A stretch of DNA of 64,000 nt from Armatimonadota bacterium (lineage in GTDB: Bacteria > Armatimonadota > SYMT01), in assembly GCA_046292385.1 (NCBI GenBank), contig JBKBRF010000024.1, forward strand, positions 1 to 64,000, written 5' to 3'. The position numbers and the translations under genes were made by a program. The notes under the pieces were generated by a model, which made no database searches, was not told the origin of the DNA, and was given only the letters and a program-made list of their open reading frames with translations. Of this stretch, positions 48,584 to 59,390 are shown piece after piece (positions within the stretch are counted from its first letter, which is position 1; each line of letters starts with the position of its first letter).

Positions 48584-50023
48584 ATGACTATCCTGGGGGA
48601 GTGTGATTCGGAGCGACGCGAGTTGGTCGAGTGCTTCCGGCTGCGCTTCGACGCCGCCATCGAGGGCAGTGACGGGCCGGTCGGAAGCCTGGATCAGATC
48701 CTGGTCGATCCGGGAACCGGACGGGTGCGGGGTCTCATCGCCCGCACCGGCTTCCTTTCGTGGCGAAAGGTGCAGCTTCCCTGGCGGGCGGTGGTCGACG
48801 CCTCCGAAGAGACGCTCGAGCTCTCCCTCTCCACCCGGGACGTCTGGGAGCTGCGCGAGCGGCAGCCGAAGCGCGGCGGACCCGAGTTGGCAGCTGCCGC
48901 TTCTCCGGTCGCCCTGCGCAGCGCCCTGCCGGTCGCGGCGCTGGACGGTCCGGCGGGACACCTCCGCCAGCTCCGCGTCGACGCGGTGACCGGAGAGCTG
49001 GTGGAGCTGGTGATCGAGTCGGGGCTCTTCTGCCGCCAGAGCCGGCGGATTCCCGCCGCCTGGATCGGGCGGATCACGAGCTCCGGGATCGAGCTGGACG
49101 CGCTCCTCTCCGCGGTGGCGGGCCAGCCGCACTACCGCAGCGACCGCGAGCTGCGGGCGGAGATTCTGGAGGCCTGGTTCTACGACGACCTGCTCCGGCC
49201 GATCCTCCTGCGCACCTCCCTTGACGCGAAGGTCCGGGAGGGCGTGGCGACGCTGGAAGGCTACGTCTGGTCCTCGGATCGCCGGTGGCGCCTCATCGAC
49301 CGCGCCCGCTCGGTGTCCGGGGTGGTGGAAGTCCGCTGCGAGGTGGTCACCGACGAAGAGCTGATCCACCAGGTCGCGACCGCCCTGAGCGCCGACTCGC
49401 GCACCTGGTCGCTCTACCCGCAGATCCACAGCTCCCTCGGCGTCGTCTCGCTCGACGGCCGGGCTCCGGACGAGGCGACGCGGGAGGCCGCTTCGGAGGT
49501 GGCGGCGACGGTGCCGCGGGCCAAGGCGATCCACAACCGGCTGCGCGTGGGGGGAGGGGATGGCTCCCCGGAGACCCTCCGGGCGCACTCCCCGCGTCTC
49601 GGACAGCGAGTCTTCAGCCAGGACGGGCCGTACGGGCGGGTGAGCCAGGTGGTGCTCCACGCGTCGACCCGCTTGCTCTCGGGCCTCGTGGTCCGAGAGG
49701 AGCGTCCGGCGCCGACGACGGTCGCCGACGCGCGCCCGGAGCGGGCCGCGGCGTTGCGGAGGGTCGTCGTCCCGGCGGACTGGATCAGCACCCTCGCCGG
49801 CGAGATTCTGCTGCGGGTCGGCCGTCGGGAGCTGGCGCAGCTGCCGGAGCTCCGACCCGGGGACTATCGCACGCCGCCTCCCGGCTGGGTGCCCCCTTTC
49901 CCGTACGAGTGCTCCCACGTCTTACTTAGCGGGAAGGAACGCGGGCGGACGAGCGACCGCGAGCGCTCCGCGGAGGGCGAGCCTGCCAGGGGCCGCGGCG
50001 AGGAATGGCCCCTGGCGGCCTGA
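48584..50023 (+). CDS. PRC-barrel plus BON domain protein
   Basis: Three DG..G....VD PRC-like units; two BON-like units (GVATLEG, GVVSLDG...IHNRL). Confidence 0.8.
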   Translation: MTILGECDSERRELVECFRLRFDAAIEGSDGPVGSLDQILVDPGTGRVRGLIARTGFLSWRKVQLPWRAVVDASEETLELSLSTRDVWELRERQPKRGGPELAAAASPVALRSALPVAALDGPAGHLRQLRVDAVTGELVELVIESGLFCRQSRRIPAAWIGRITSSGIELDALLSAVAGQPHYRSDRELRAEILEAWFYDDLLRPILLRTSLDAKVREGVATLEGYVWSSDRRWRLIDRARSVSGVVEVRCEVVTDEELIHQVATALSADSRTWSLYPQIHSSLGVVSLDGRAPDEATREAASEVAATVPRAKAIHNRLRVGGGDGSPETLRAHSPRLGQRVFSQDGPYGRVSQVVLHASTRLLSGLVVREERPAPTTVADARPERAAALRRVVVPADWISTLAGEILLRVGRRELAQLPELRPGDYRTPPPGWVPPFPYECSHVLLSGKERGRTSDRERSAEGEPARGRGEEWPLAA

Positions 50024-50327
50024 GGCAGGGTGCAGCTCGCGCCGGGAAATCGAGGCCCAACCCCACGGGACGATTGATTCTGGAAAACCGGGGTATCAGG
50101 CTAATGGATGGCTGGAAACCCGGTGACCTGGACCGGTGACCTGGAGAGGTAGACCCTGGTGAAGTCGAGCAGCGCACATCCGCAGAACGGCGGAGCCCCG
50201 CAGGGAGCGGAGGCGCGACTCTTCTCGACGTTCTTCGGGCGGAACGGCGATCTGACGCCGCGCCGCGCGGTCGCGTCTCGATCCAGGTCTCCAGGGTAAA
50301 GCCCTCCCCGTTCGTAAAGCTCACGAC

Positions 50328-50361
50328 AGCCCGGAGACCGAGATCGGTCTCCGGGCTTTTT
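50328..50361 (+). terminator. intrinsic terminator / attenuator hairpin
   Basis: AGCCCGGAGACCG-agat-CGGTCTCCGGGCT then TTTT. Confidence 0.75.
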
Positions 50362-50517
50362 CATCGGCAGCTCCCTAAAAGGCGGGAGATGGAGAGGCGA
50401 GAGAGGGGGAGGGAGCGCGGCCTGCGAGCCGGTGAAAGCTCCCTTCCCGGAGAGCACGTGCGATCCTGAGTAATCCGGCAGCGCGACCGGAGAAACGGAC
50501 CTGAAAGGAGACCCACG

Positions 50518-50790
50518 ATGACCGAGATGCAGCTTGCGGAGCGAGAAGGTACGGAGCAGCTCAGCCTGGCCCCGGAGATCGAGACGCCGGTCCTGCCGCT
50601 GCGGGAGGTTCCGGATTGGGACGAGCAGCTCGGGCGAGCGCTGGAGGCCTGCCGGCTGATCGACCAGCACCTCGACTATGAAGCGCGGGGGCGGCTGCTG
50701 ACGCAGCTCCTCGACTTCCGCCCGCAGCACCTCTGCCCCGAGCAGCGCGTGCAGATGGTGAGCGACCTCTACGGGGTCGCCGCCCGGTAG
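50518..50790 (+). CDS. small hypothetical protein
   Basis: AAAGGAG RBS; 90 aa. Confidence 0.65.
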   Translation: MTEMQLAEREGTEQLSLAPEIETPVLPLREVPDWDEQLGRALEACRLIDQHLDYEARGRLLTQLLDFRPQHLCPEQRVQMVSDLYGVAAR

Positions 50791-50951
50791 CGCCATCCGC
50801 CCGCGCGAGGAGCGCTCCGAGCTCCGGAGCGCTCCTCGCGCGGGGATCCACTTTCATCCCTCCTCGTTCCCGGAGCGTTCTTTCCATGCGCGCCCGAGTG
50901 CCTCTTGGCGGTATAGAGTTGATATCTTCCCCGACGCTGGCGACGCACTCC

Positions 50952-52475
50952 ATGCCCCATAGATCCAACGAGACCGCGGCGAATGAGCTGCGCCTGCTCA
51001 TCTCGGTCGTCTCCCGCCGCTGGCAGGAGCGGCTGAACGCAGAGCTCCCCACCGAGACCTCGGTCCAGCCGCGGCTCACGGCAGCGCTGCCCGGGCTGCT
51101 GGAGCGACTGGCGGGAATGATTGCCGGCGGCTCCGTCGACGAGGAACAGCTCTACGAGCCGGTCGAGGCGGAGGTCCGCTCGCCCGAGCAGGCCGCCCCG
51201 TGCGTGGAAGGGCTGCTCCGGGAGTACCAGGCACTGCATGAAGTGGTGCTCGAGGTGCTGGAAGAGAGCGAGCCGCTCCCATCCGGCGTGCGCCGCCTGA
51301 TCGCGGAGGCGTTCCACACGGCAGAGCGCCGCGTGGCGCGCGAGGCGCTCGCCCGGCAGGCAGAGCAGGTCCGGAACCGGGAGCGACAGCTCCGCGCGCT
51401 GGTGGAGTCGAACATCCTCGGGGTGGTGGAAGCGAACCTGGACGGCCGGGTCTTCGCCGCCAACCAGGCGTTTCTGAAGATGATCGGGCATTCCCAGGAC
51501 GACCTCTCCGCCGCCGGCGTCGACTGGCGGAAGCTCACCCCGCCCGAGTACCGCGAGGTCGACGAACGCGCTCTGGCTCAGGTCCGGGAGTCCGGCCGGT
51601 GCGACCTGTACGAGAAGGAGATCCTCCGGGAAGACGGCTCGCGGGTGACGGTGCTGGTCGGCCGGGCGCTCACGAACCCGGAGCGCGGCGACTGCATCAC
51701 CTACGTGGTCGACCGGACCCGCTTCAAAGAGCTGGAAGTGGCGCTGGAGCGGCACGCCGCGGAGCTGGAGCAGGCGAATGACCGGCTGAGCCAGTGGCTG
51801 GCGATGATCGCCCACGAGCTCCGGACCCCGCTCTCCACGATCAGCAACGCCCACTACATCCTGGAAAGTCTGCCGCTCTCGGACCGGGCCGCCCGGCAGG
51901 TGTCGGTCGCCGCGCGACAGGCCCGGCACGCGGCGCGCCTGGTGAACGACCTGATGGATCTCTCCCGGATCGCCCGCGGCAAGATCGAGCTGCGCCGGGA
52001 GCCGGTCTCCCTGCGTCGCCTGGCCTCGGACGCCGTGGAGAGCGTTCGTCCGCTGATGGATTCGCACGGTCATCAGCTGACCACCGCCTGGACCTCCGAG
52101 TCGCTGGTGGTGAACGCGGACCCGCTCCGGATCGAGCAGATCGTCAATAACCTGCTCACCAACGCGGCGAAGTACACGGAGCCGGGCGGCCGGATCTCGG
52201 TCTCGCTGGCGCGAGAGGGAGACGACGCCGTGCTGCGCGTGCGGGATACCGGCATCGGCATCGAGCCGGAGAAGCTGCCGCTCATCTTCAACCTGTACGA
52301 GCAGTTCGGCCTCTCGGAGACCCGCTCGCACGGCGGGCTCGGGATCGGCCTGTCCCTCGTGCGCCGGCTCGTGGAGCTGCACGGCGGTACCGTCGTGGCG
52401 CGGAGTGAAGGCCGGGGACACGGCAGCGAGTTCGAGGTCCGGCTCTCCCTGGTCGGCGAGAGCGCCGCGCCGTAG
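50952..52475 (+). CDS. soluble PAS sensor histidine kinase
   Basis: PAS (ANQAFLKMIG, YEKE..REDGSRV); HELRTPL; NLLTNAAKY; DTGIG; GGLGIGL. Start uncertain. Confidence 0.9.
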   Translation: MPHRSNETAANELRLLISVVSRRWQERLNAELPTETSVQPRLTAALPGLLERLAGMIAGGSVDEEQLYEPVEAEVRSPEQAAPCVEGLLREYQALHEVVLEVLEESEPLPSGVRRLIAEAFHTAERRVAREALARQAEQVRNRERQLRALVESNILGVVEANLDGRVFAANQAFLKMIGHSQDDLSAAGVDWRKLTPPEYREVDERALAQVRESGRCDLYEKEILREDGSRVTVLVGRALTNPERGDCITYVVDRTRFKELEVALERHAAELEQANDRLSQWLAMIAHELRTPLSTISNAHYILESLPLSDRAARQVSVAARQARHAARLVNDLMDLSRIARGKIELRREPVSLRRLASDAVESVRPLMDSHGHQLTTAWTSESLVVNADPLRIEQIVNNLLTNAAKYTEPGGRISVSLAREGDDAVLRVRDTGIGIEPEKLPLIFNLYEQFGLSETRSHGGLGIGLSLVRRLVELHGGTVVARSEGRGHGSEFEVRLSLVGESAAP

Positions 52476-52504
52476 TGAACGCGAAAGGGGATCGAGAGCG
52501 CAGG

Positions 52505-53356
52505 ATGCACCTACTGCTAGGCACGGACGGCTCACCCGGCGCGGTGGACGCCGCCCGGTTCATCGCCGCGCTGCCGCTCCCGCCGGAGACGCGGGTCACG
52601 GTAGTGGCCGTGGTGCCGCGCGGCGCGAACCGCGCGGGAGAGGCGGAGCTGGCTCCCGTGGAAGAAGTGCTCGCCGGCTCCCCGGTGCGGCTGGTGCGGG
52701 AGGTCCGGGAAGGGATCCCGGCGGAAGAGCTTCTCAAGGCCGAGGAGCTGCTGGAGCCGGACCTGCTGGTGCTTGGCTCCGCCGGCCGCTCCGCCGTCGC
52801 GCGCTTCTGGATCGGGAGCGTGGCGGAGCGGGTGGCCGAGTACTCGCGCGGCCCGGTGCTCATCACCTGGCCCGGCCGCGTGGAGATCCGGCGGGTTCTG
52901 GTCGCCGTGGACCGGACCCCGCTGGCGGAGGCGATGATGCGGTGGCTGCGGCGGTTCCCGCTGCCGGCCCGTGCCGAGCTCCACCTCGGCACGGTCGTGA
53001 CGCTCCTCGACCTGTTTGCGCGGTGGAAGCGCACCCTGCTGCCTCCCACCCGGCCGTTCCTGCGGATCCTGGAGCGCCAGGCGTGCCACGACGCTCGCCG
53101 GCACCTGCAGGCGCTGACGTCGGACTTCCGCACGGCTGCGCCGATCCAGACGCACGTGCGGCTGGGCGACCCGTCCGAAGAATTGCTCCAGCTCGCGGAG
53201 GAGCTCTCCGCCGACCTCCTGGTGATCGGCTCGCGCGGCTTCGGTCTGCTGGGAGCCCTGCTCCTGGGGAGTGTCTCCGACCACCTGCTCGCGCGGCAGC
53301 CCTGTTCCCTGTTGATCCTCAAGCCGCGACCGCCCGGGGAGGGGCGGCCGGAATGA
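52505..53356 (+). CDS. tandem universal stress protein
   Basis: GTDGS, LVLGSAG...IGSVAE, GDP, VIGSRG...LGSVS. Confidence 0.9.
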   Translation: MHLLLGTDGSPGAVDAARFIAALPLPPETRVTVVAVVPRGANRAGEAELAPVEEVLAGSPVRLVREVREGIPAEELLKAEELLEPDLLVLGSAGRSAVARFWIGSVAERVAEYSRGPVLITWPGRVEIRRVLVAVDRTPLAEAMMRWLRRFPLPARAELHLGTVVTLLDLFARWKRTLLPPTRPFLRILERQACHDARRHLQALTSDFRTAAPIQTHVRLGDPSEELLQLAEELSADLLVIGSRGFGLLGALLLGSVSDHLLARQPCSLLILKPRPPGEGRPE

Positions 53357-54243
53357 CGCACCCGAAGCCCTTTGCGGCCTTGCTGGCGACCGACGGCTCC
53401 GCCGCCGCCGGCGCGGCCGTGGAGCTGCTGCGAGCCTTGCCGCTGCCGCGCGGATCGGTGGTGCACGCCCTCTGCGCCGCCGAGGCCCCGGCCGTTCTCG
53501 GCGGCTCGCCCGCTCCCGGGGCAAGGGAGCTGGTCCGGTTCGAGCGAGCCGCGTGCGAGGAGGCCGTCGAGTCCGCGGCTTCCGCACTCGCCTCCGCCGG
53601 GCTCGAGATCAAGCGGCACGTGGTGGAGGCGTCCGCCCTCTCCGCGATCCTGGACACTGCCCTGGGCCAGTCGGCAGACCTGATCGTGCTCGGCGCCAAA
53701 CGCCGCGACGGCCTCACCGAGCTGTTACTGGGCAGCACCAGCCTGGCGGTGGCGCGCCGCTCCCCTCTCCCGGTCCTCAGCGCTCGGCCGATCAGCCAGG
53801 GGCTTCGCTCGGTGGTCCTCGCCACCGACGGATCTCCGCCTGCCCGGCGAGCGGGCGAGCTGCTCTCGCGGTTCCTGCTGCCGGAGACGACGGAGATCAC
53901 CGTCGTCCAGGTGCTGTCGCCGGTAGAAGCGGAGGCGAGCCAGCTCGGGTATGGTACCGACGTGCTGGACCAGGCGGTCGCCGGGCTGCGCCGCGCCGGA
54001 GGAGGAGCCGGACCCCGGCCGGGAGAGGCCCCGGATGAATCCGGGAGATCGCCGCGCCTGATCCGTCCGGCGCTGCGGACCGGCGAGCCCGCGAGTGAGA
54101 TCCTCCAGGTCGTGCAGGAGGTGAGCGCCGACCTGGTCGTGGCCGGAACGCGTAAGGTCTCTCTCGCGGAGAGCCTGCTCATCGGGAGCGTCGCGGACCG
54201 GCTGCTCAAGGAAGCGAGCTGTTCGGTGCTCCTCGTCCCATGA
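53353..54243 (+). CDS. tandem universal stress protein
   Basis: ATDGS twice, LLGSTS, IGSVADRLL; ATGA overlap. Confidence 0.9.
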   Translation: MTHPKPFAALLATDGSAAAGAAVELLRALPLPRGSVVHALCAAEAPAVLGGSPAPGARELVRFERAACEEAVESAASALASAGLEIKRHVVEASALSAILDTALGQSADLIVLGAKRRDGLTELLLGSTSLAVARRSPLPVLSARPISQGLRSVVLATDGSPPARRAGELLSRFLLPETTEITVVQVLSPVEAEASQLGYGTDVLDQAVAGLRRAGGGAGPRPGEAPDESGRSPRLIRPALRTGEPASEILQVVQEVSADLVVAGTRKVSLAESLLIGSVADRLLKEASCSVLLVP

Positions 54244-54333
54244 GCGCGGAGCCGGAATGGGTAGACTAACTTATAGCCCGGCGGTCCGAACGAAAGGCCG
54301 GTGTCCCTTCCTGCGGCGTGGAGAGAAATAGAC

Positions 54334-54687
54334 ATGAAGACTGGAGACGGACGGGGACCAGCGCCGGCACTCTCCCCACCGCCTTCGGAAGGCGAGGCGG
54401 AAGCGACGGTTCCGGCAGAGCGCCCCGGCGGCCCAGCGCAGAGCCGGCCGGAGACGGAGGAGAGCGAGTCGATCGAGCCGACCCTCGTGGACGTGGCCTC
54501 CGACCTCTCCTTCCCGGCGAGCGATCCCCCTTGCTGGACGCTGGGAAGAGAGGCGGCCTCGGACACCCCGGAAGTCGCGCCTCCGCAGCCCGCCCTTCAC
54601 ACCGAGCGGGAGGTACACGGCGATCCGGATCCCCAGGAGCTCTACGAGGACGAGGACGAAGAGCTTCCGGCGGCGGCGCGGAGTTGA
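54334..54687 (+). CDS. acidic disordered protein with SFPASDPP motif
   Basis: VDVASDLSFPASDPPCWT; GGAGAG RBS. Confidence 0.7.
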   Translation: MKTGDGRGPAPALSPPPSEGEAEATVPAERPGGPAQSRPETEESESIEPTLVDVASDLSFPASDPPCWTLGREAASDTPEVAPPQPALHTEREVHGDPDPQELYEDEDEELPAAARS

Positions 54688-54738
54688 CTGCTCCGGCCCC
54701 ACCGGACGAGCGCGCGCCCCCTGGGCAGCGCCAGAGGA

Positions 54739-55311
54739 TCAGGCTTCGCGCGGCAGTACGGTGAGCACGTGGGAGATGAAGGTATGGAACTCCTGCATGT
54801 AGTTGCGCAGGAACTCCTCCGTACTGGCGTTCGTGACCTCGCCTTCCTCGGTGATCAGGCCCGGCTTAAAGGTGATGTAGGCCTCCGGAGCGTTCATCTG
54901 CGGCGAGTTGAGGTAGCCCAGCACGCTGCGGAGACTCTGCTGGGCCACCGCCGTGCCGATGGCGCCGGGTGATGCTCCGATTACGGCCGAGGGCTTTCGG
55001 GCGAAGGAATTGGTTCCCCAGGGGCGGCTCGCCCAGTCGATGGCGTTCTTGAGCCCACCCGGGATGGAGCGGTTGTACTCCGGCGTCACGAACAGGACCG
55101 CGTCGACGCGGGCGATCGCCTCCTTGAGAGCTCGTCCTTCCGGCGGGTAGTCGTCGTCGTAGTCGTAGCTGTAGAGCGGAAGATCCTTGATCGGGATCTC
55201 CGTGAGCTCCAGCCCGGCGGGCGCCAGCCGGATCAGCGCCTTCGAGAGCGTGCGGTTGATCGATTCCTTGGCAATGCTCCCGATGAAGTAGCCGACCTGA
55301 TACGTGGTCAT
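54739..55311 (-). CDS. NADPH-dependent FMN reductase (ChrR/SsuE family)
   Basis: GS.AKESIN, VTPEYNRSIPGGLKNAIDWASRP, GASPGAIG; AAGGAG RBS. Confidence 0.93.
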   Translation of the reverse strand: MTTYQVGYFIGSIAKESINRTLSKALIRLAPAGLELTEIPIKDLPLYSYDYDDDYPPEGRALKEAIARVDAVLFVTPEYNRSIPGGLKNAIDWASRPWGTNSFARKPSAVIGASPGAIGTAVAQQSLRSVLGYLNSPQMNAPEAYITFKPGLITEEGEVTNASTEEFLRNYMQEFHTFISHVLTVLPREA

Positions 55312-55727
55312 CGGATCTCTCCTTCGCCGGGACCGGGCTGTGCCGACCACCGGTGGGCGCCTCTCCCTTGCGACTGATTCGCCAGGATCCGCTCGCAGGG
55401 CTTCGCTCCCGGCGGCTCCATGCCGGGACGGGAGCGGACCCGTCTTGACACACTACCCCGCCCCATGCCGCCCCGAAACGCGCCCCCAGCTCCCCCGGAG
55501 GAGCTGCCGCGCTCGAGATCGGGGGCAGGCCCGGCCTGGCTTACAGCCCCGTAGATAACGACGTTACGGTGCGGGAAAGCCCCGGGAATACAGACCTGTG
55601 ACCTCCAGCCGCCGCGGCTCCGGATCAGGTCGGCTGCTCGCTTGCACCGAGGGCCCACCGATCCGCGCCGAAGCACGGCAGCGCGGCGGATGAGCGGGGT
55701 GAGGCCGCCGCGCGGAGGGCGGCAGCG

Positions 55728-56528
55728 ATGGAGAAGCTACTCGTCACCATTTTCGAGAGCGAGCAACAGGCCCGCGACGGAACGCGCGTCCTCCAGCAGC
55801 TTCACGACGAAGGGATCCTCACGGTCTATGCCGCGGCTCGCGTGGTCAAGGCCGCGGATGGGAGCGTCTCGTACGAGTCGCTGACCGGCGAGGGCCCCCG
55901 GCCGCTGCTCCTGGGAGGGTTGATCGGCGCCCTCGTCGGCCTTCTCGGCGGGCCGTTGGGACTCCCGGTCGGGATTGCCGGCGGGGCGTTCGTCGCGACC
56001 ATGTATGACTTCGTCCGGGCCGGCGGCCGGGAGGAATTCCTGAACCGGGTCGCGGAGCACCTCTTGCGGGAAAAGGCCGCCGTGGTAGCGCTGGTGGAGG
56101 AGACGCAGGTCCTCCCGGTCGACACCGCGCTCCAAGCCGTGGGCGGCCTCGTCTTCCGGCAGCCGGCGGCGGAAAACGCCTACCTGCTCCTGGAACAGGA
56201 GCTGGAGTCGCTCGGCGCGGAGATCGACGCGCTGGAGGCGGAGCACGCCGGTACTACGGGAGAGGCCCGCGCGCAGCTTCAGGTGAAGCTCGCCGCCCTC
56301 GAGGCCCGGCGGCTGGCGTTGATGGAGGAGGCGAGAGCCCTCCTCGAGGACGCCCAGCAGGTGGCGGAGTTCAAAGCCGCTTCGCTGGAAGCGCAGGCGG
56401 CCAGGGCGGCCGAGCCTCGTAGAGCGCTGCTCCTGGGCCGGGCCGCGCGGGTGCGCGCCGACTACGAGCGCAGCCGCGCCAGGCTGCAGCAGGCGTGTGA
56501 CGAAGCCCGACAGCCGCTCGCGGCCTGA
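55728..56528 (+). CDS. DUF1269-like glycine-zipper membrane protein with coiled-coil tail
   Basis: GGLIGALVGLLGGPLG; AAVVALVEE..VDTAL...GG.VFR. Confidence 0.75.
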   Translation: MEKLLVTIFESEQQARDGTRVLQQLHDEGILTVYAAARVVKAADGSVSYESLTGEGPRPLLLGGLIGALVGLLGGPLGLPVGIAGGAFVATMYDFVRAGGREEFLNRVAEHLLREKAAVVALVEETQVLPVDTALQAVGGLVFRQPAAENAYLLLEQELESLGAEIDALEAEHAGTTGEARAQLQVKLAALEARRLALMEEARALLEDAQQVAEFKAASLEAQAARAAEPRRALLLGRAARVRADYERSRARLQQACDEARQPLAA

Positions 56529-56630
56529 CCTCACCAGCCACCGCGCAGGGTACAGCGCTTCGGGAGCGAAGGGCGGTCCGTGCCCGGTCGACTTCCATGC
56601 GGAAGCGCGCGGGCACGGACCCCGTGCCGC

Positions 56631-59390
56631 TTACGGGCGCCGTCTCCGCACCGGTCGCACGGTCAGCGACGCCCCCCCGGCGCTCTCTGCCGGCCGGGAG
56701 GGCTCCAGCTCCGGATCCGGGGCGACCGGCTTCTCCGTCGGCTTCTCCGCCGGCGACGCCTCCGGCGGCAGCGGCTTCTCCGGCCGGAGGGCGGCCGCTC
56801 CCGCACCGCTCCGGTCGAGCAGCACCACCAGGGGGGTGGCGACGAACACGGAAGAGTACGTTCCCACCACCGTGCCGAAGAGCAGCGCCACGTTGAACAG
56901 CCGCAGCGTCTCACCCCCGAACGCGACCATCGCTCCGAGCGCCAGCATGATGGCAAACGAGGTGTTGACGGAGCGATCGAAGCTCTCCGTCATACTGCGG
57001 TCGCTGATCTCGGCAAACGTCTCTCCCTTGCGCCGGCGCGCCAGGTTCTCCCGGATCCGGTCGTAGATCACGATGGTGTCGTTGACCGAGAAGCCGAGGA
57101 GCCCCAGGCAGGCCGTGAGGAAGAGGCTGTCCACCGTCCAGCCGGCCAGGTAGCCCATCAGCGCGAAGAGACCGACCGTGAGCAGGACGTCGTGGAACAA
57201 CGCGATCACGGCTCCGGCTCCGAACTTGAGCCCGTTGACGAAGCCGCCGATGGCGAAGCGGACCGCGAGGAAGAGCAGCATCGCGAAGGAAGCGATGATC
57301 GCGGCGAAGATCCCGTTCCGCGTGACCTCGGCGGCCACCGAGGGGCCGATCGAGCTGATGCGGGACATCGGCTCCACCGTGCCCCCGCCGAGCTTGCCCA
57401 GCGCCTCTCGTACCTTCTGGAGCTGCGTGGGCGGCAGCTCCCGGGTGGCGATCTCCGCAACGGAGATCCCGCCGCTCGCGGCGTGGCTCTCCGGCTCGAC
57501 CTTCACTGTCAACCCGGGAAGCGGCAGTCCCTGCAGCGCTCCCCGGACCTGCGCCTCGCTCACTTCGGCGGTATAGACCGCCTTCGCGTTGAACGGCTTA
57601 TGGCCCTCTACCGCCTGGTAGGCGGCCGGGTCGAAGCTCTCCAGCCCGACCGTCTCGCTCAGGCGCTCGCGGATCCGAGCGACCGTGGGGACGTCGACCT
57701 CGGGGACCGTCAACTGCACGCGCGTCCAGGGCTGGGTGGAGCGCCCGACCCGCACGGTCGCGTCTTCCAGCCCCTGCTCGGCCAGCACGTCCGCGATCTG
57801 CTCCCGGGTGACGGTGCTGTTTCGGAACGCCACTTCCACCACGCTCCCGCCGGTGAAGTCGATCCCCGGCTTGAGCCCGGCACCGAACGGGGTGAGCGCG
57901 ATGAGGAGCACCGACAACACCGCCCCGGCGGCGCTGATGCCGAGGTAGATCCGACGCCGCGCGAAGATCTGCATCACCCCGCCGCGGCGCCAGGCGGGGA
58001 AGAACAGGTTCAGCCAGCTGTTGTGGATCGCGTAGAGCGCCGGGTTCCTCGCCCACTCAAACTGGGTGACCGCCTGCAGCACGGTCCGCGTCACGCTCAC
58101 GGCGGTGAACATCGCCACCGCGTTGCCGAGGGCCAGCGTGATCGCGAAGCCTTTCACCATCGGGGTGCCGAGCCAGATCAGGACGGCGCTGATGATCCAG
58201 ACGGTGACGTTCGAGTCGACGATCGCGGTAAAGGCGCGGTTGAAGCCGACGTCGATGGCGTGCTGGAACGACTTGCCGGCTCGGAGCTCCTCCTTGATCC
58301 GCTCGAAGATCAGGACGTTTCCGTCCACCGCCATGCCGATGGAGAGGATGAACCCGGTGATGCCGGGGAGATCCAGCACGATCGGCGGAAAGACGCCGAG
58401 GCCTTTGAAGAGGGAGAAGGTGAGGGCGGCGTAGCCGACCAGCGCGAAACAGGCCACGAGCCCCGGAAGCCAGTAGTAGCCGAGCATGAAGAGCAGCACG
58501 ATGCCGAGGCCGGCCACGCCCGCGCGGATACTCTGATCGATCGACTCTTGCCCCAGCGTCGCTCCCACCGTCTGCGTCTCGACCGGGACCAGCGGGATCG
58601 GCAGGGCGCCGGAGTTCAGGAGGTTGGAGAGCACCCGGGCCTCCGACATGGTGCGGAAGCCGCCGGAGATCTGGCCCCGCCCGCCGGTGATCGCCTCGTT
58701 GATCACCGGCGCGGAAATGATCTGGCCGTCCAGGATGATCGCCAGGATCTCTCCCACGTTCTCCGTGGTGAAGTCGGCGAAGGCCCGGGCGCCGTCCGGC
58801 TCCATCTCGAACGAGACGTACGGCTCTCCGGTGTTCGGGTCGATCTGGGGGTCCGAGTTGGGCTTGAGCGCGTCCCCTTTGAGGATCAGCTGCGAGCTCT
58901 CGAGCACCTCGGAGGCGGGTACCGGCTGGTTCGTCGCCGTATCCACGAAGCTATACCGCTCCGGCTCCCGCCCGTCCGGCGAGCCGGAGGTATGGGTCAT
59001 CCGGTACCGGGCACCGGGGTTCCGGTTCGACTGCACCCCGACCAGGTGCCGGAACTCGAGCTGGGCGACGGTGACCAGTGCTTCCAGCGCATCCTGGGGC
59101 TTTCGCGCTCCCGGCAGGAGCACGAGGACCTGGTCTCCTCCCTTGAGGCGGACCTCGGTCCCGGAGAGACCGAACGAGTTCACCCGGTTCTCCAGCACGC
59201 TCCGGACGCGCTGCATCGTCTCGGCGTTGAGGGTGTTCCCGGCCAGCTTGTCGCGGTCCGGCGCCAGGGTCACCCGCATTCCGCCGCGGAGGTCCAGGCC
59301 CAGGGCCACGGGGAACTGGGGCGACAGGCTATACCAGATGGCGGCGGCGATCAGCGCCAGCACCGCCACGAATAGGACACGTGGTTTCAA
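56631..59390 (-). CDS. secDF: SecDF fusion protein translocase subunit
   Basis: LGLDLRGG, AIILDG, GMAVDGNVLIFERIKEE, GIDFTGG, GFSVNDTIVIYDRIRE. Likely start is TTG 59390 after a GGGAG RBS; in-frame ATG at 59447. Confidence 0.95.
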   Translation of the reverse strand: MKPRVLFVAVLALIAAAIWYSLSPQFPVALGLDLRGGMRVTLAPDRDKLAGNTLNAETMQRVRSVLENRVNSFGLSGTEVRLKGGDQVLVLLPGARKPQDALEALVTVAQLEFRHLVGVQSNRNPGARYRMTHTSGSPDGREPERYSFVDTATNQPVPASEVLESSQLILKGDALKPNSDPQIDPNTGEPYVSFEMEPDGARAFADFTTENVGEILAIILDGQIISAPVINEAITGGRGQISGGFRTMSEARVLSNLLNSGALPIPLVPVETQTVGATLGQESIDQSIRAGVAGLGIVLLFMLGYYWLPGLVACFALVGYAALTFSLFKGLGVFPPIVLDLPGITGFILSIGMAVDGNVLIFERIKEELRAGKSFQHAIDVGFNRAFTAIVDSNVTVWIISAVLIWLGTPMVKGFAITLALGNAVAMFTAVSVTRTVLQAVTQFEWARNPALYAIHNSWLNLFFPAWRRGGVMQIFARRRIYLGISAAGAVLSVLLIALTPFGAGLKPGIDFTGGSVVEVAFRNSTVTREQIADVLAEQGLEDATVRVGRSTQPWTRVQLTVPEVDVPTVARIRERLSETVGLESFDPAAYQAVEGHKPFNAKAVYTAEVSEAQVRGALQGLPLPGLTVKVEPESHAASGGISVAEIATRELPPTQLQKVREALGKLGGGTVEPMSRISSIGPSVAAEVTRNGIFAAIIASFAMLLFLAVRFAIGGFVNGLKFGAGAVIALFHDVLLTVGLFALMGYLAGWTVDSLFLTACLGLLGFSVNDTIVIYDRIRENLARRRKGETFAEISDRSMTESFDRSVNTSFAIMLALGAMVAFGGETLRLFNVALLFGTVVGTYSSVFVATPLVVLLDRSGAGAAALRPEKPLPPEASPAEKPTEKPVAPDPELEPSRPAESAGGASLTVRPVRRRRP

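Noticed and set aside
50465..50497. Hammerhead-like CTGAGTAA-stem-GAAAC
   Set aside because: The core needs CUGANGA, and no matching stems I/III were found.
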